The notes: generated by a model not told the origin, from the letters alone. A stretch of DNA of 64,000 nucleotides from Eledone cirrhosa (GCA_964016885.1 OZ024746.1:97650001-97714000), one strand, 5' to 3'. Shown: positions 1-11,707, counted from the first letter of the stretch. A program made the numbers and translations.

Positions 1-130
1 GGCCTCACTCTCCAGTTGGTCCTCTTCGCAATCCCCACACAAGCCAGGTTACTGACGACCCCAAGGAATGCGCAGAGCTCATTGCTGAATGCTATGCAGG
101 CATTTTCACTATTGAAGACCAGAGTGAAGA
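1..130 (+). mobile_element. CR1/L2-type LINE ORF2 fragment (linker between endonuclease and RT)
   Basis: Frame 3 reads PHSPVGPLRNPHTSQVTDDPKECAELIAECYAGIFTIED, resembling the CR1 motif IGPL..G..TDD.EKAE.LN.YF.SVFT.ED. Confidence 0.6.
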
Positions 131-590
131 AATATGCAAAGCAATCCTAACCAAGGTTATTTAGCACTAAACTAACTTCTACCAGTAAGACTTCCCTAAA
201 ATTCATTCTAAATAACTATATAAAACTTTGATGAGATACTATGAGAGATAAAGCCTTTTCTGTGAAAATAAAATAGTAAATATAGAATAAAGTAAATGCT
301 AAAGGATTCATATAATTCTCAGAGAAATTCATTGTGACACAATATGTCATAATATTTGTTTTTTAATTACAGGTATAGTTCTTCCAACAAACTTCCAAAC
401 AGTTCCATTCCCCCAAGTTCACTCACAAGTTTGTGCTGAAGTGAAGTTATATTAAATAAAATTTGTCTAAAATATCACACAGTTGTATTAAACCCAGGAC
501 CTTATCTGTGTGAAGGAATCCTCTTAACCATTTGAATATGAAATACAAATATAACTAGGAAATAAGTTTAGTTAATGTGTATGAGATATA

Positions 591-760
591 CCGTATTTCC
601 CAGTGTCGAAGATGCTACTTTTTTTCTAAAATAAATCTCAAAAATCTACCATGCATTCTGGAGGCCGAAGGTTGTCTGTTATTTTTTTTTTCAAATTTTT
701 GGTTGTCAAAATTAGGGTGCATCCTCGAGGATGAAGCGTTTTCAGCGCCGGGAAATACGG
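591..760. mobile_element. Tc1/mariner (pogo-like) MITE, 170 bp
   Basis: TIRs CCGTATTTCCC / GGGAAATACGG, flanked by TA on both sides (589-590, 761-762). Confidence 0.8.
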
Positions 761-1149
761 TAAGTGCCAAGGTGATAAGAGTTTGAGAAAATAGGACAAA
801 AGAGTGAGAAAGATAGAAAGCTATCTTAGCAATTTTAATGATACCAAATATTTTGGGATTTACCATCCATTATATAGGGGAGTCAGTGTGGAGAGAGTGA
901 GAGAGTAACCTGAGAAATTTGAAGAACGGTTGCCATTAGGAAGGGCATCCAGCTGTAGGGACCAAGCCAAAATCAGTTTTATATGAGCAAGACATGCTAA
1001 CCTCACCTAGCATTTCCCAAAATAGGACAACTCATCTAACCCATGCTAGTGTGGGTAAGATGGATATAAAACAGTGATGACGACGATGTGTCCATTTTGA
1101 AAATATTTATCACAAGTGAATGTAGGAAGAATATTTTCTGTTCTTTTAT

Positions 1150-1340
1150 ATATTATTTCTACTTTTGGCACAAGGCCAGCAATTATCCCAGTGTATTACT
1201 GGTACTTTATTTTATCAACCCTGTAAAGATGAAAGGCAAAGTTAACCTCGACGGGATTTGAACTCAGATCATAAAGGGCCGTAACTCTATGTGGTAAAGC
1301 ACGGTGTCCGACCCTCTACTGATATTGCCAATCCACCACT
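1150..1340 (-). mobile_element. SINE family A (tRNA-derived head, Meta-like central domain), ~190 bp
   Basis: Reverse complement of GGCGGTGGATTGGCAG...GAGTTCAAATCCCGCCGAGGTTAACTTTGCCTTTCATCCTTACGGGGTCGATAAAATAAAGTACCAG. About 20 copies in the window, others at ~5443-5632, 10041-10145, 17155-17316, 28565-28745, 37483-37692, 40132-40480, 50295-50484, 56325-56462. Confidence 0.85.
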
Positions 1341-1805
1341 CTTTCTGTTCTTTTATATATTGTCTTCTATCTCCTACCAGGTGTTGCAACCAGAAGACAG
1401 TATCAGCAATAGAAAGACAGATGGAAATATGATTGGTTTTCTTGCTATAATCTCATGATTAACTCCTTTCCGTTCTTTTCATTTTTTCTATATTAAATAT
1501 GAGATCAATACATCTGTATTGATTTAACTGGTTTAATAGTTATATTACCAAGAAAAGAATAACAAAAAAGCTCTTTTCAGAAATGAGAGTGTGTGAGAGT
1601 AAATTCTTTAACCTTGCACTCTATCTTGACAACTAACAATTTACTACCCCATCATTCCCTCTTCATTGGATAGACAAACAGTATATGTGATATGATGAGG
1701 GAAGGGAGGGTGATAGGGGAGACCTACTACCAACATATCACTGCCTCTCAATATCTTTCTTTACTCCCCTCTCTATTATGTTCTTACCCCTATCACTCCT
1801 TTTCT

Positions 1806-2150
1806 TTGCAGCATAGAGTTACGGCCCTTTATGATCTGAGTTCAAATCCCGCCGAGGTTAACTTTGCCTTTCATCCTTACGGGGTCGATAAAATGAAGTA
1901 CCAATAATGTACTGGGTATTTTGCTGGCCTTGTGCCAAAAGTAGAAACAATTATATTGCAGATAGGGCGGTGGATTGGCAGTATCAGTAGAGGGTCGGAC
2001 GCCATGCTTTGTAGCATAGAGTTACGGCCCTTTATGGTCTGAGTTCAAACCCCACCAAGGTTAACTTTTCATCCTTACGGGGTCGATAAAATAAAGTACC
2101 AGTAATGCACTGGGTAATTGGTGGCCTTATGCCAAAAGTAGAAACAATTA
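1806..2150 (+). mobile_element. SINE family A, head-to-tail pair (first copy 5' truncated)
   Basis: Two consecutive copies of the B-box plus TTTCATCCTTACGGGGTCGATAAAAT domain. Confidence 0.85.
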
Positions 2151-3179
2151 TATATATATATATCCCTCTTTCATATCACTCTCTCTTCCATCACTCTATC
2201 TTCCATCACTTTCTCTCTTACATCACTCTATCTTCCATCACTTTCTCTCTTACATCACTCTCTCTTCTATTCACCCTTTCACTCACGTTGCCTTGAACAA
2301 ACAGGGTCAATGCAGGGTAGAAAGAACTCTGAATAAGACAACTTCTCTAGGGATGGTGCCATGATAAAATGGGGCCAGTACACTCTATAAAGTGGTTGGC
2401 ATTAGGAAGAGCACCCAGTTGTAGGAACCATGTCAAAAAGGGTAAAAATGACGTATGGTCCCCAAACAGTCTAAGAAAGAAGTACCTCTAAATAAGAACT
2501 GATTCAGTCCATGATAACCTGTCCAGTTCATGCCTTGATGGAAAGCAGACATAAAATGATGATGATCATGGTAAGCAATATGAAATAAATTAGGTAACTA
2601 ATTATAATGGGTAATTGGCAAATTTTTATCTTTGTCAGAGCTATTGGTAATGAAAGTAAAATGTCTACAACACTAATTCATCTTTCTGGCAGCTTTCTAC
2701 ACTGTTTCCCATAACAATATATTAAACTAATGATGTTAAAAAATACAACTACTTTCATATATAGTGTGTATGTTTTCAGATATCAAATTTTGATAGTTAC
2801 AATATGTGCAGAAAAATAATCTCCTAAAATTTTAAATTTAATCAAATAAATGTAAGTTTCAAATATCTTCAGATTTTGCATCAAAGTGTTTGGATGTAGA
2901 ATTTATGGAAAACATCCAATTTTTTGCCGTGATGATTTTAGGAAATTCTATAGTTACTGCACATTTCTTTACATAATTTTTCTACTCATTGAAGAGCCTG
3001 GAACCAAATGTAATTCAATAGGAAAAACAAAATTCTTGCTTGAATGAAGCCAAATGACAATTTTCTGCCAACTAAAGAGAACATTGAAAGTAGATGGCAA
3101 GGAAAGATGTTTTGAGGGGGTACATTGTTAAAAAGTATTACTTTACTAAGTAGCATCTATGTTTTATTATCAACTTTTA

Positions 3180-3340
3180 CATGGCTGTGTGGTTAAGGAA
3201 TTCACTTTACAAAAAATATGGTTTCTGGTTCACTTCTTCTGCAAGACACCTTGGGTGTCTTCTACTATAACTTTGAGTTGACCAAAGCCATCTGAATGAA
3301 ATTTGGTAGGCAGAAACTATGCAAACACCTGTTGTGAATA
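3180..3340 (+). mobile_element. Old tRNA/CORE-like SINE (related pieces at ~8110-8265, 30480-30590, 62190-62345 on minus)
   Basis: ATGGCTGTGTGGTTAAG A-box-like head, GGTTCA B-box-like motif, CCTTGGG...CTACTATAAC body shared between copies. Confidence 0.55.
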
Positions 3341-3458
3341 TGTGTGTGTGTGTGCTTGTATGTATGTGTATGTGTGTCTGTTTGTTTATGGCCCATAACT
3401 TAACAGTTTGACAAAGAGATGGAGAAAATAAGTATTTTTAAAAATGAGTACTGGCATC

Positions 3459-3686
3459 AACCCTTTAGTATTTACATTACTTTATATTTACTATTTTATT
3501 TTCATGGTAAAGGCTTTTGTCTCATATAATTATCCCACATAATATTAAATATATGAGATGTTGATATTATTTATTTTGAGAACAATACCTTAACATCAGT
3601 ATGAGTGGCCAGTTACAGCCAGTTTGAACAGAGAGAGGTGAGAGAATTCTGGCCGGATATGGCCTGTTTAAATACTAAAGAGTTAA
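3459..3686. mobile_element. piggyBac-type non-autonomous MITE family A (~215-230 bp)
   Basis: Termini (TT)AACCCTTTAG(C/T)ATTTA...TAAAT(G/A)CTAAAG(G/A)GTTAA. Further copies at ~4897-5110, 9769-10263, 18090-18316, 18938-19125, 20092-20307, 21968-23432, 26974-27530, 28048-28274, 41098-41540, 51306-51530, 58913-59446, 63128-63353. Confidence 0.8.
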
Positions 3687-3744
3687 TATGATTGACTAAA
3701 TCTCCTCATAAACTTAAAACAATAAAAGAAAATACATTAATTAC

Positions 3745-3998
3745 ACTAGCAGAAAAACCACCCTTCGATTTATTCAAAGTAATCCAACTATATTACTAAC
3801 GGGATAAAACAATATATTGAGGACACAGTCCTGCACTCCTCCCTGTATTATATTATGATAGGGAAAAGAAAGATAAAAACAATTTTAAAAGAAGTGAATC
3901 TTAAAATAAGCAATCATTATATATAAGAATATTTATATTTAATCAACAGCTACAAAATTTTGTACATAAATTATGTAATATTCATTCATTATTTATTC
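3745..3998 (-). mobile_element. Helitron-like 3' end (CTAG|T) plus a permuted internal segment shared with 37861-38456
   Basis: ACTAGCAGAAAAACCACCC occurs at both 3745 and 37861; two ~110-bp blocks are shared between the loci. Confidence 0.5.
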
Positions 3999-4000
3999 TT

Positions 4001-4375
4001 GGCGGTGGATTGGCAGTATTGGCAGAGGGTCGGACGCCATGCTTTGATGCATATTTACGGCCCTTGCCATTCTGAGTTCAAATCCCGCTGAGGTTAACTT
4101 TGCCTTTCATCCTTACGGGGTCGATAAAATAAAGTACCAGTAATGCACTGGGTAGTTGCTGGCCTTGTGCCAAAAGTAGAAACAGTTATTTATTCTTGGC
4201 AGTATCAGTAGAGGGTCGGACACCATGCTTTGCAGCACAGTTATGTCCCTTTACGGACTGAGTTCAAATCCCGCCGAGGTTAACTTTGCCTTTCATCCTT
4301 ACGGGGTCGATAAAATAAAGTACCAGTAATGCACTGGGTAATTGCTGGCCTTGTGCCAAACGTAGAAACAATTAT
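4001..4375 (+). mobile_element. SINE family A, tandem dimer
   Basis: Two copies; the 5' flank TTATTTATTCTT is repeated in front of the second copy. Confidence 0.85.
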
Positions 4376-5209
4376 ATTATGATTAAAAACAAACAAATCA
4401 AAGTTAACTATGTTTCTTGCTCTTGGAATAAAGTTCTAATTTAATGTTAGATTATTTACTTAAAAGCAGGAAAAGAAACAAGTTCTCCATGAATAAATAG
4501 AACAACTGCTAATAATATAATCATAATTATAAACTTATAATATAATTATTAAGGTATTAATTACTATAATTCAATAAAATTCAATTAGTAGAAATGTTTA
4601 GATTATTTGCCATGTTTGTATTTTACTCTAATTACAGCAGCTGATATTAGGAAAATAAAATTTCATGTTATAATTTTAATAAATTTACCAGGAAATTTTC
4701 ATCTTCCTCAAGATGATTAAGGAAAAAATTTAGTCTGAATTGATTTTCAAACTGAACTAAAAGCAAATAGTGGAAATATATATTAATAATTCCCAAGTAA
4801 AATTGTTTGTAAACCATACAAAAAATATTAATGATTTGCTAGTAAATGTCTTACAGTTTCTAATGAAATTTATTTCAGTGAAACGATCACCTACATTAAC
4901 CCTTTAGCATTTAAACTGCCCATATCCGGCCAGAATTCTCTCACATTTTTCTGTCCAAACCAGCTGCATATAGCTGCTCAAAATGATGTTAAGGTATTGT
5001 TCTCAAAACAAATAATATCAAAATCTCATAGATTCAATATTATGTGAGGTAAAGCCTTTACCATGAAAATATAATAGTATATATAGAGTAATGTAAATGG
5101 TAAAGAGTTAAAACACTAATTTATGCATTAACTGTAAACCTTTCCATATAAAACTATTGGCTAGAAATTATCATATAAAAATTACTGATACTCAAAAAAT
5201 ACATGTAAT

Positions 5210-5372
5210 CAGGAGTGGATTTAGACCTCGGGATGCCTGTAAAAAAATTAGAACACAGTTCCCCCCACCCCCAATTTGACATATCAAAGTTAGCTTGACA
5301 CAAGTAATTGGAATTGAAAGTTATATGTACAGGTATTTGCCCCGCCCCCTCCCCCCATTAAATCTGGACCGG
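5210..5372. mobile_element. hAT-like MITE (same family as 7593-8087)
   Basis: CAGGAGTGGATTTA start, TAAATCTGGACC end; internal GTAATTGGAATTGAAA..TATA..TACAGGTATT shared with 7745-7790 and 8050-8087. Confidence 0.5.
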
Positions 5373-6081
5373 TTTGTAATTAAAGTTTATCAAAAACAAA
5401 CTAATCCATGTTAAATATATTTCTTGCTCTTAGAATAATAGTAATAATTGTTTCTACTTTAGGCACAAGGCCAGCAATTACCCCAGTACATTACTGGTAC
5501 TTTATTTTATCGACCCCGTAAGGATGAAAGGCAAAGTTAACCTCGGCGGGATTTGAACTCAGACCATAAAGGGCCGTAACTCTATGCGTCAAAGCATGGC
5601 ATCCGACCCTCTACCGATACTGCCAATCCACCAATAATAATAATTGTTTCTACTTTTTACTTTTTTTTTTACTTTATTTTCTTTTGTCTTCTTTTTTAAC
5701 AATAAATTGCTACGCTCGTGTATCTGCCCTCAAGGCAGAAAATAATTATTAGCAAAATTTGAACTCTGTTCAATGTGAATAAATGTATTTGTAGTGTTAG
5801 ACTGAATAAAACCCCAAGTATTTTTAGGATTATCAGTATGCTATCTATCATGCAGATATAGCAGTCTTTTATTCTTTTACTGCTTTTAAACATTGGACTG
5901 CAGCCATGTGGGGAGTTTGCCTTCTAGGGATTTAGTAGATCATATTGATCCAAGTATTCATATTTTTCAAGTCTGCTACTTATTTTATTGGAATCTTTCT
6001 GTTGAACTGCTAAATTACAAACACACACACACACACACACACATATACATAAAGCATAGAAAAGCGGATGCAAAAACAATG

Positions 6082-6120
<39 letters not shown>

Positions 6121-6222
6121 GTGTGTGTGTGTGTGTGTTAGGTAATTCCAAAGAAAAAGCAAAGGAAAAAAGAGTGCTCTATGTATAGAAAAAGAGCTAT
6201 TTAATTAGAAAGTGAACAACAT

Positions 6223-6289
6223 CTCTGTCTGATGACCCATCCAGACGTATATTTTATTGTCTGGGATCCTGAAACCTTTGGTAATGGAG
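6223..6289 (+). ncRNA. Type I hammerhead ribozyme motif inside a 25-bp inverted repeat (6198-6222 / 6302-6326)
   Basis: Stem I CTCTGT/ATGGAG (2 GU pairs), CTGATGA, stem II CCAGAC/GTCTGG with an unpaired base region, GAAACC-TTT-GG-TA (GUA cleavage triplet). Confidence 0.65.
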
Positions 6290-6340
6290 TAGTTATATTT
6301 TATGTTGTTCACTTTCTAATTAAATATACATATATATACA

Positions 6341-6390
<50 letters not shown>

Positions 6391-6393
<3 letters not shown>

Positions 6394-6717
6394 TAATAAA
6401 AGGAATTCCAATTTTGTCTGATTTACTCGTTTTATTTACAATCCTTTAAAATTTATAATGGTATTAGAATGAAATAGTATGGTAGAATATTAAATGTTAA
6501 GTGTTAATTGAACAAGTACTTTCATGCTTTCGCAATCTTCAGGTTCATATTCTGTGGTGACAGTCAAGTTTGCAATTTTCAACTGAGAAAATTCAAAGTT
6601 GAAAATTGCAAACTTGATATTCTACCATACTCTTTCATTCTAATACCATTATAAATTTTAAAGGATTGTAAATAAAACGAGTAAATCAGACAAAGCTGGA
6701 ATTCCTTTTATTAATAT
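6391..6717. repeat. Foldback element: ~100-bp inverted arms plus an inner 21-bp hairpin; Penelope-like terminal remnant
   Basis: TATTAATAAAAGGAATTCCA...GTATGGTAGAATAT (6391-6490) is inverted at 6617-6717; directly follows a (TA)n tract. Confidence 0.8.
6509..6547 (-). ncRNA. Minimal type I hammerhead ribozyme motif
   Basis: Minus strand TGAAC CTGAAGA T-TGC-GAAA-GCA-T GAAA GTAC TT GTTCA: 5-bp stem I, GNRA-capped stem II, palindromic AGTACT stem III. Confidence 0.75.
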
Positions 6718-7178
6718 AATCTTCTAACACAATCATACACACCCGTGTATATTTATTTATATTTATATATATGTAAATCTGAGCTTTTCAAATATTAATA
6801 ATAATATTTGATTTGTTTGCAATTATGCAAACAGCCTCTTAAGCCATGTCAGTAGAATGACCATGTTATTCTTGCTTTTGTGTTAGCATATAAAGAGAAC
6901 AGCAGACACTAATATTTCTGGGTTATTACCCTTCATCAGTACCACATACTCTTTACCTGCCAAATGTTTGGCTAGTGAAAATATATTTTCTGTTTTATAT
7001 ATATATATACACACAAGACCAAAACAGTTAACTAAATTATATTTTAATAAATTAATGCATGATTCATCCAAATTTTAAGCAGATACTTAATTAATTATTA
7101 ATTAACTAGGTGATTAAAAAAAATTTAGAATCATCAGAATCAATAAAAAGAAAATACAAAGAAATTGCAGGAAGAGGG

Positions 7179-7214
7179 TCTTAACGTTTCGGATGCTAGT
7201 CCTTCATGAGAAGA
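7179..7214 (-). ncRNA. Degenerate minimal hammerhead motif (core G5>C)
   Basis: Minus strand TCTT CTCATGA A-GGA-CTAGCA-TCC GAAA CG TT AAGA. Confidence 0.5.
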
Positions 7215-7592
7215 AAGAATGAGAAATAATATGGATGGAAGGGATAGGCGGGTTGGAATTGGAAAAAATGTCTTTAGATAAAAATAACAGGTCCATTCAT
7301 GTTGACATCTATTATAGTAGTATAGTTAATAGAAAGCATTGTGAGAAATATAATAATGACTTGATAAGTTTCAAAAAGCCAGTAGAATGTGGTAGAAATA
7401 TATAAAGGGTAAAGGATGACAAATAAAACAAAACAAAGTAATGTTGTTACCCAGTATATTTCAACATGATGTTTCAGGGTCATTACCTTCTTTTCAATTA
7501 TGAAGCAGAAAAAGTTCAAATTAAAAATAAACAGTCAAATCAGATTGGCTATCATAACTTTGCACATCCATATTTCATACACATAGGTCAGT

Positions 7593-8087
7593 CAGGGCTG
7601 AATTTAATGGGGGAAGCAATGAGGGCAATTACCCCAGGCCTCTTGTAGGAGGGCTGGGGGCACCCAGTGATGTCCATAATAGCAATTTATTTGTGCCCTC
7701 AGCTGGGATATTTGATTTTAGGATGGTTAGAATTTTTTTTATTTAATACCTGTATGTATAGCTTTTCAATTCCAATTACTTGTACCAAGCTAACTTTGAT
7801 ATGTAAAATTGGGAGTGGGGGGGGTTGCTGTGTATTCTAATTTTTTTATGTATGAGGGGCCTCCAAAACCTGAAGTGTCTTGAGCCCTCCAATGTCTAGA
7901 GCTTGAAGGGCCAAAGACATTTCAAGTTTTGGGGGTCCCTCATGAGGGCCCAAGACACTTCATACAGAAAAAAATAGAATGCACAGCAACCCCCCCCCCC
8001 CCACACACACACACACACACCAATTTTACATATAAAACTAAGCTTGGTGCAGGTAATTGGAATTGAAAAGTTATACATACAGGTATT
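7593..8087. mobile_element. hAT-like MITE with a head-to-head foldback centred near TCTAGA (~7898)
   Basis: 7745-7890 is the inverted copy of 7905-8087 (AATACCTGTATGTATA... / ...TATACATACAGGTATT). Confidence 0.7.
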
Positions 8088-8383
8088 ATACTCTGAGGCC
8101 AGGTAAGGAAGAAGACATCAATCGTTTGTTTCCATCTACCAAATTTCCTTAACTATCATTGGTCAACCTAAGGTTACAGTAGAAGTCACTTGTCCAATGC
8201 ACAACATACTGGGATTGAACACAAAACCATGTGATTGTGAAGTTAACAGCTTAACTACATAGCCATGTATGAACCTAAAGAATCTAAATTTACAGTTTGT
8301 TGCATGAGGTGATGAAATGTTTGAATATTCAATAATAATCTGGCCCATCACTCTCCCCCTTCCCTTTTTTCTGTGACCCTAGA

Positions 8384-8625
8384 TTGGTGAGTTCGATTCC
8401 TGGGCTGGGTTGCATGTTGTGTTCTTGAGCAAAACACTTCATTTCACATTGCCCCATTATACTCAGATGAAAATGTGTACCAGCAATTGCCGGGGGTTTA
8501 ACCCCGCAATGGACTAGTGTCTTGTCCAGGGGGAAGCCTTGTACTCTCAGTCACTTCACACCATGAATCGGTATAAGCACCAGTCTAACAAGACTTCTGG
8601 CTTAGACAGAATTTAGACTTAGACC
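8384..8625 (+). mobile_element. tRNA/CORE-like SINE with a Deu/Nin-like body
   Basis: GAGTTCGATTCC B-box, CTTGAGCAAAACACTTCATTTCACATTGC CORE-like block, AACCCCGCAATGGACTAGTGTCTTGTCCAGGGGG. Confidence 0.6.
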
Positions 8626-9186
8626 TAGAGTCCTTGCTTTCCCTCTTCCTTTTCCTCTCATTTATGGCTTTCATAGTCCTTTCCTCTACTTTACAATACA
8701 GCCAAATCTTCCCTTCCTTACCCCTTCGCCATTTTCACATTAATTTTGCTTTTACCTTTCTTACTTATATTTTGAAAATAAAATTTTATTTCGTCATCTA
8801 GCCAATATATACTGCTAATAACTTGATCACTGTAACTAATCATGTGCAACAACTTAGATTATGTATTATCGTAGTATGAGAAATATTTATCTTGATATAT
8901 TTAATTTAGAAGTTTCTTCAGCTTAGTGAAACTGATATCAAATTTGGAGAAAATTAGAGTTAAATGTTTTAGAGAGTAAAATGTTTTAGATTTAGATAAA
9001 TATCGTTCCATTATTCCATCAGATCTAGTCACAGTGTGTATTTAATTACGTACATTGCAAATGTGAAATTCTAGACATATGCAAGGAAGACTTTCTTTTC
9101 AAATAAATTGTGTATTTAAACAGAAATAAAGTTTTATATTTTATTTCATTAAATAATATATATATACATAAAATTACGTAACTCAC

Positions 9187-9269
9187 AATTCTTTCAGAAT
9201 AACATTACAAGTATAATTTGGTGCATGTGTTTTTATTGGCAACATGACCCTCCCAAAATATAACAACAT
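9187..9269 (-). CDS. Candidate alternative first coding exon (MLLYFGRVMLPIKTHAPNYTCNVILKE), product unknown
   Basis: Open ATG-initiated frame running into a GTGAGT donor (9186-9181), in one of the few repeat-free stretches; no homology recognised. Confidence 0.2.
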
Positions 9270-9782
9270 CTGTTTCAACACTCGTTTTCAGATAAGAAAT
9301 CTCACACAACAAATTCAAAAACGAATTACAAATATAATGTTTTTGATAAACACAAATATAAATACAACCAACTATTGCTAGGAACCTCACAAAACAAAGC
9401 ATTAAAATACATGACCAGAGCGAGAGAAAGAAAAAAGAGAAAAAAAATGAGAAAAAAAAGGTGGGGAAGCAAATGTAAAAACGAAAATGACCATCAATTC
9501 ATCACCAAGTGTGACAATCGGTCACACATCATGTGGGACAATGGAACACTTTGAGGCAAGCTAACACACTCACAACATTACCACTTAGAATGAAATGTAA
9601 CAGTTAAGTTATAAACATACATGTGGTGCAATACAATGGCAATAACTGTGTGTGTTTATTTCTACATAATTCAGTTGCAGGGCCTATATCAGGTAAAAAC
9701 ATCAGCTGGTAGATCAATCCAAGGTCTGGTAAACCAACAAGGGCCCATAAATATCTGATCCCCTTCCCTTAACCCTTTAGCA

Positions 9783-9938
9783 CAGGAATGGATCGTAAAA
9801 ATGATAGAAAAATAAATTACGACTGAAAAGTTGGGGCAAAAGAAATTTAGAAAGATTTCACTTAGGTGACTTAGGTAAGCTATTCAGAAAGCTTCATAGG
9901 CCCCATGTGTCCCAGGGGCTGCATGTTGCCCATGACTG
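9783..9938. mobile_element. hAT MITE inserted into the TIR of a piggyBac-type MITE
   Basis: Perfect 8-bp TSD CTTTAGCA (9775-9782, 9939-9946); termini CAGGAATGG / CCATGACTG. Confidence 0.8.
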
Positions 9939-10407
9939 CTTTAGCATTTACATTACTCTGTATTTACTATTATATTTTCATAGTAAACACTTTATCTCAC
10001 ATAATTATCTCACATAATATCGAATCTATGAGATTTTGATCCGGCCGAGGTTAACTTTGCCTTTCATCCTTACAGGGTCGATAAAATAAAGTACCAGTAA
10101 TGCACTGGGTAATTGCTGGCCTTGTGCCAAAAGTAGAAACAATTATTTATTTTGAGAACAATATCTTAACATCAGTATGAGCAGCTGGTTACAGCTGGTT
10201 TCAACAGGAAGAGGTGAGAGAATTCTGGCTGGATACAGCTGGTTTAAATGCTAAAAGGGTTAAAAATTCCTTCAGACATTTGAATTTTCCAAGGTGCTCT
10301 CCATTGTCATGGCACAAAGGTTGTCTTGTTCCATTTTGCAAACGTTCTCTCAGAGACCCTCCCTGTACTCTATTGGTGCTCTAGTAGTAATTGTTGGGCT
10401 GTAAACA

Positions 10408-10590
10408 TTATCCCATCATCCTCATCATTGGGGCACCACAGATGAATTGACAACCAGCTCCCTCCATTCCTCTTACCTCTCCGCCTTCCTCATGGTTACA
10501 CCCAGCTTCATATCTGTCCATTCCTCTCTTCCTCCCTCCTTGTACTGTTCCCTGCAGGACAGTCTTGGCAAGCCCTAAAGATCTTGTCCA
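10408..10590 (-). mobile_element. RTE-clade LINE 3' end fragment
   Basis: GLAKTVLQGTVQGGRKRG in the ORF track, typical of the RTE ORF2 C-terminus. Confidence 0.7.
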
Positions 10591-10908
10591 TACCATGCAT
10601 ATATTCAAAAATAGGTACACCATATTCTTGTGTCATAGGAGATGCCTAAAAAGGTTTGTACAAGGAAAGGTATCCGGCCATAAATGAATGTCTTGAAAAG
10701 ATTCCACAATATGTATGAAGCTTCTCATGGGACCCCAGAAATCCAAGATCTGCATTAGCTGGGAAGATGGCCTTAACATTCTTATTGTATATGTATTTAT
10801 TCATGTGACTGTACAGTTAATTATTCATATGACAATCTATATATATTTATTCAATATGACAGTACATATATATATGTGTATATATATATAATATATATAT
10901 ATATATAT

Positions 10909-11180
10909 GTCACTATCCAGCGAATTTTCAACCTTCAAGGTTGTTTTCCATGGTTATGTCACTATTTATAAAACAAATTTTGTATTTTATCTGATGAAAG
11001 CGCACCAAGATTGGCTTGGTCGCCCTTGAAATATATATAATAAAATAATTATGGTTTTATAAATATAGTTTCCATTTATTAATATATTGAATATTTACTC
11101 CAGTATCCTGTTGAGTGCTCTATATCAGTTATAAACTTTTAAGTTTGTTGGAATCCCAACAAATTAAATATAACTTCTAT
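10909..11180 (+). mobile_element. Penelope-like terminal repeat fragment carrying a hammerhead (same family as 31490-31750)
   Basis: Aligns with the reverse complement of 31500-31750; bounded by TA-rich tracts. Confidence 0.7.
10983..11047 (+). ncRNA. Type I hammerhead ribozyme motif
   Basis: TATTTTAT CTGATGA AAG..ACCAAG-ATTGG-CTTGGT..CTT GAAA TATATA TA ATAAAATA: perfect 8-bp stem I. Confidence 0.8.
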
Positions 11181-11184
11181 ATAT

Positions 11185-11440
11185 ATCATCATCATCATCA
11201 TCATCGTTTAACGTCCATGTTCCATGCTTGCATGGGTTTGGACGGGAGTTTTCCCACTTGAGGCAAGAGTGGTTGTCTTGCTCGCATAGGACTGTCTGGC
11301 GGGTTTTCTACAGCTGGATGCCCTTCCTAACACCAACCACATTTACAGTGTGGGACTGGGAGGTTTTTACCGTGTTGCCTACACGGCCACATTACAGCGT
11401 GGACTGTGTGTTTTTTTTTTTGTCGTGACACCTACACGAT
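11185..11440 (-). mobile_element. Headless SINE body with (TGA)n tail (GGTGTTAGGAAGGGCATCCAGCTGTAGAAA domain)
   Basis: Related pieces at ~905-1088, 2375-2567, 14540-14812, 26175-26830, 30130-30395, 39722-39957, 51070-51240, 51553-51709. Confidence 0.7.
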
Positions 11441-11707
11441 CTCATTTGTTTCGGCCTGGATGTCGTGGCACCAACGTAACTTTACATTGAAAGGGGCAGT
11501 GTGGATGGGGTGGGGGTGGTGTGACGGGGGCGTATTTTGTTAGAGATGCCTACTGACTGTAGTAGGTTTACTTTGTATTTAGGCAAGGCGGGTCTTCTCT
11601 ATTACTGGGTACCGCCAAAGATCTTGGTCCAGTGACATTGTCTTGGAGAGGTGTAAGTGTGTGAGGTCAGAATTTATCAGGTCGTCCCAGGTTTTTCTGG
11701 GTCTACC

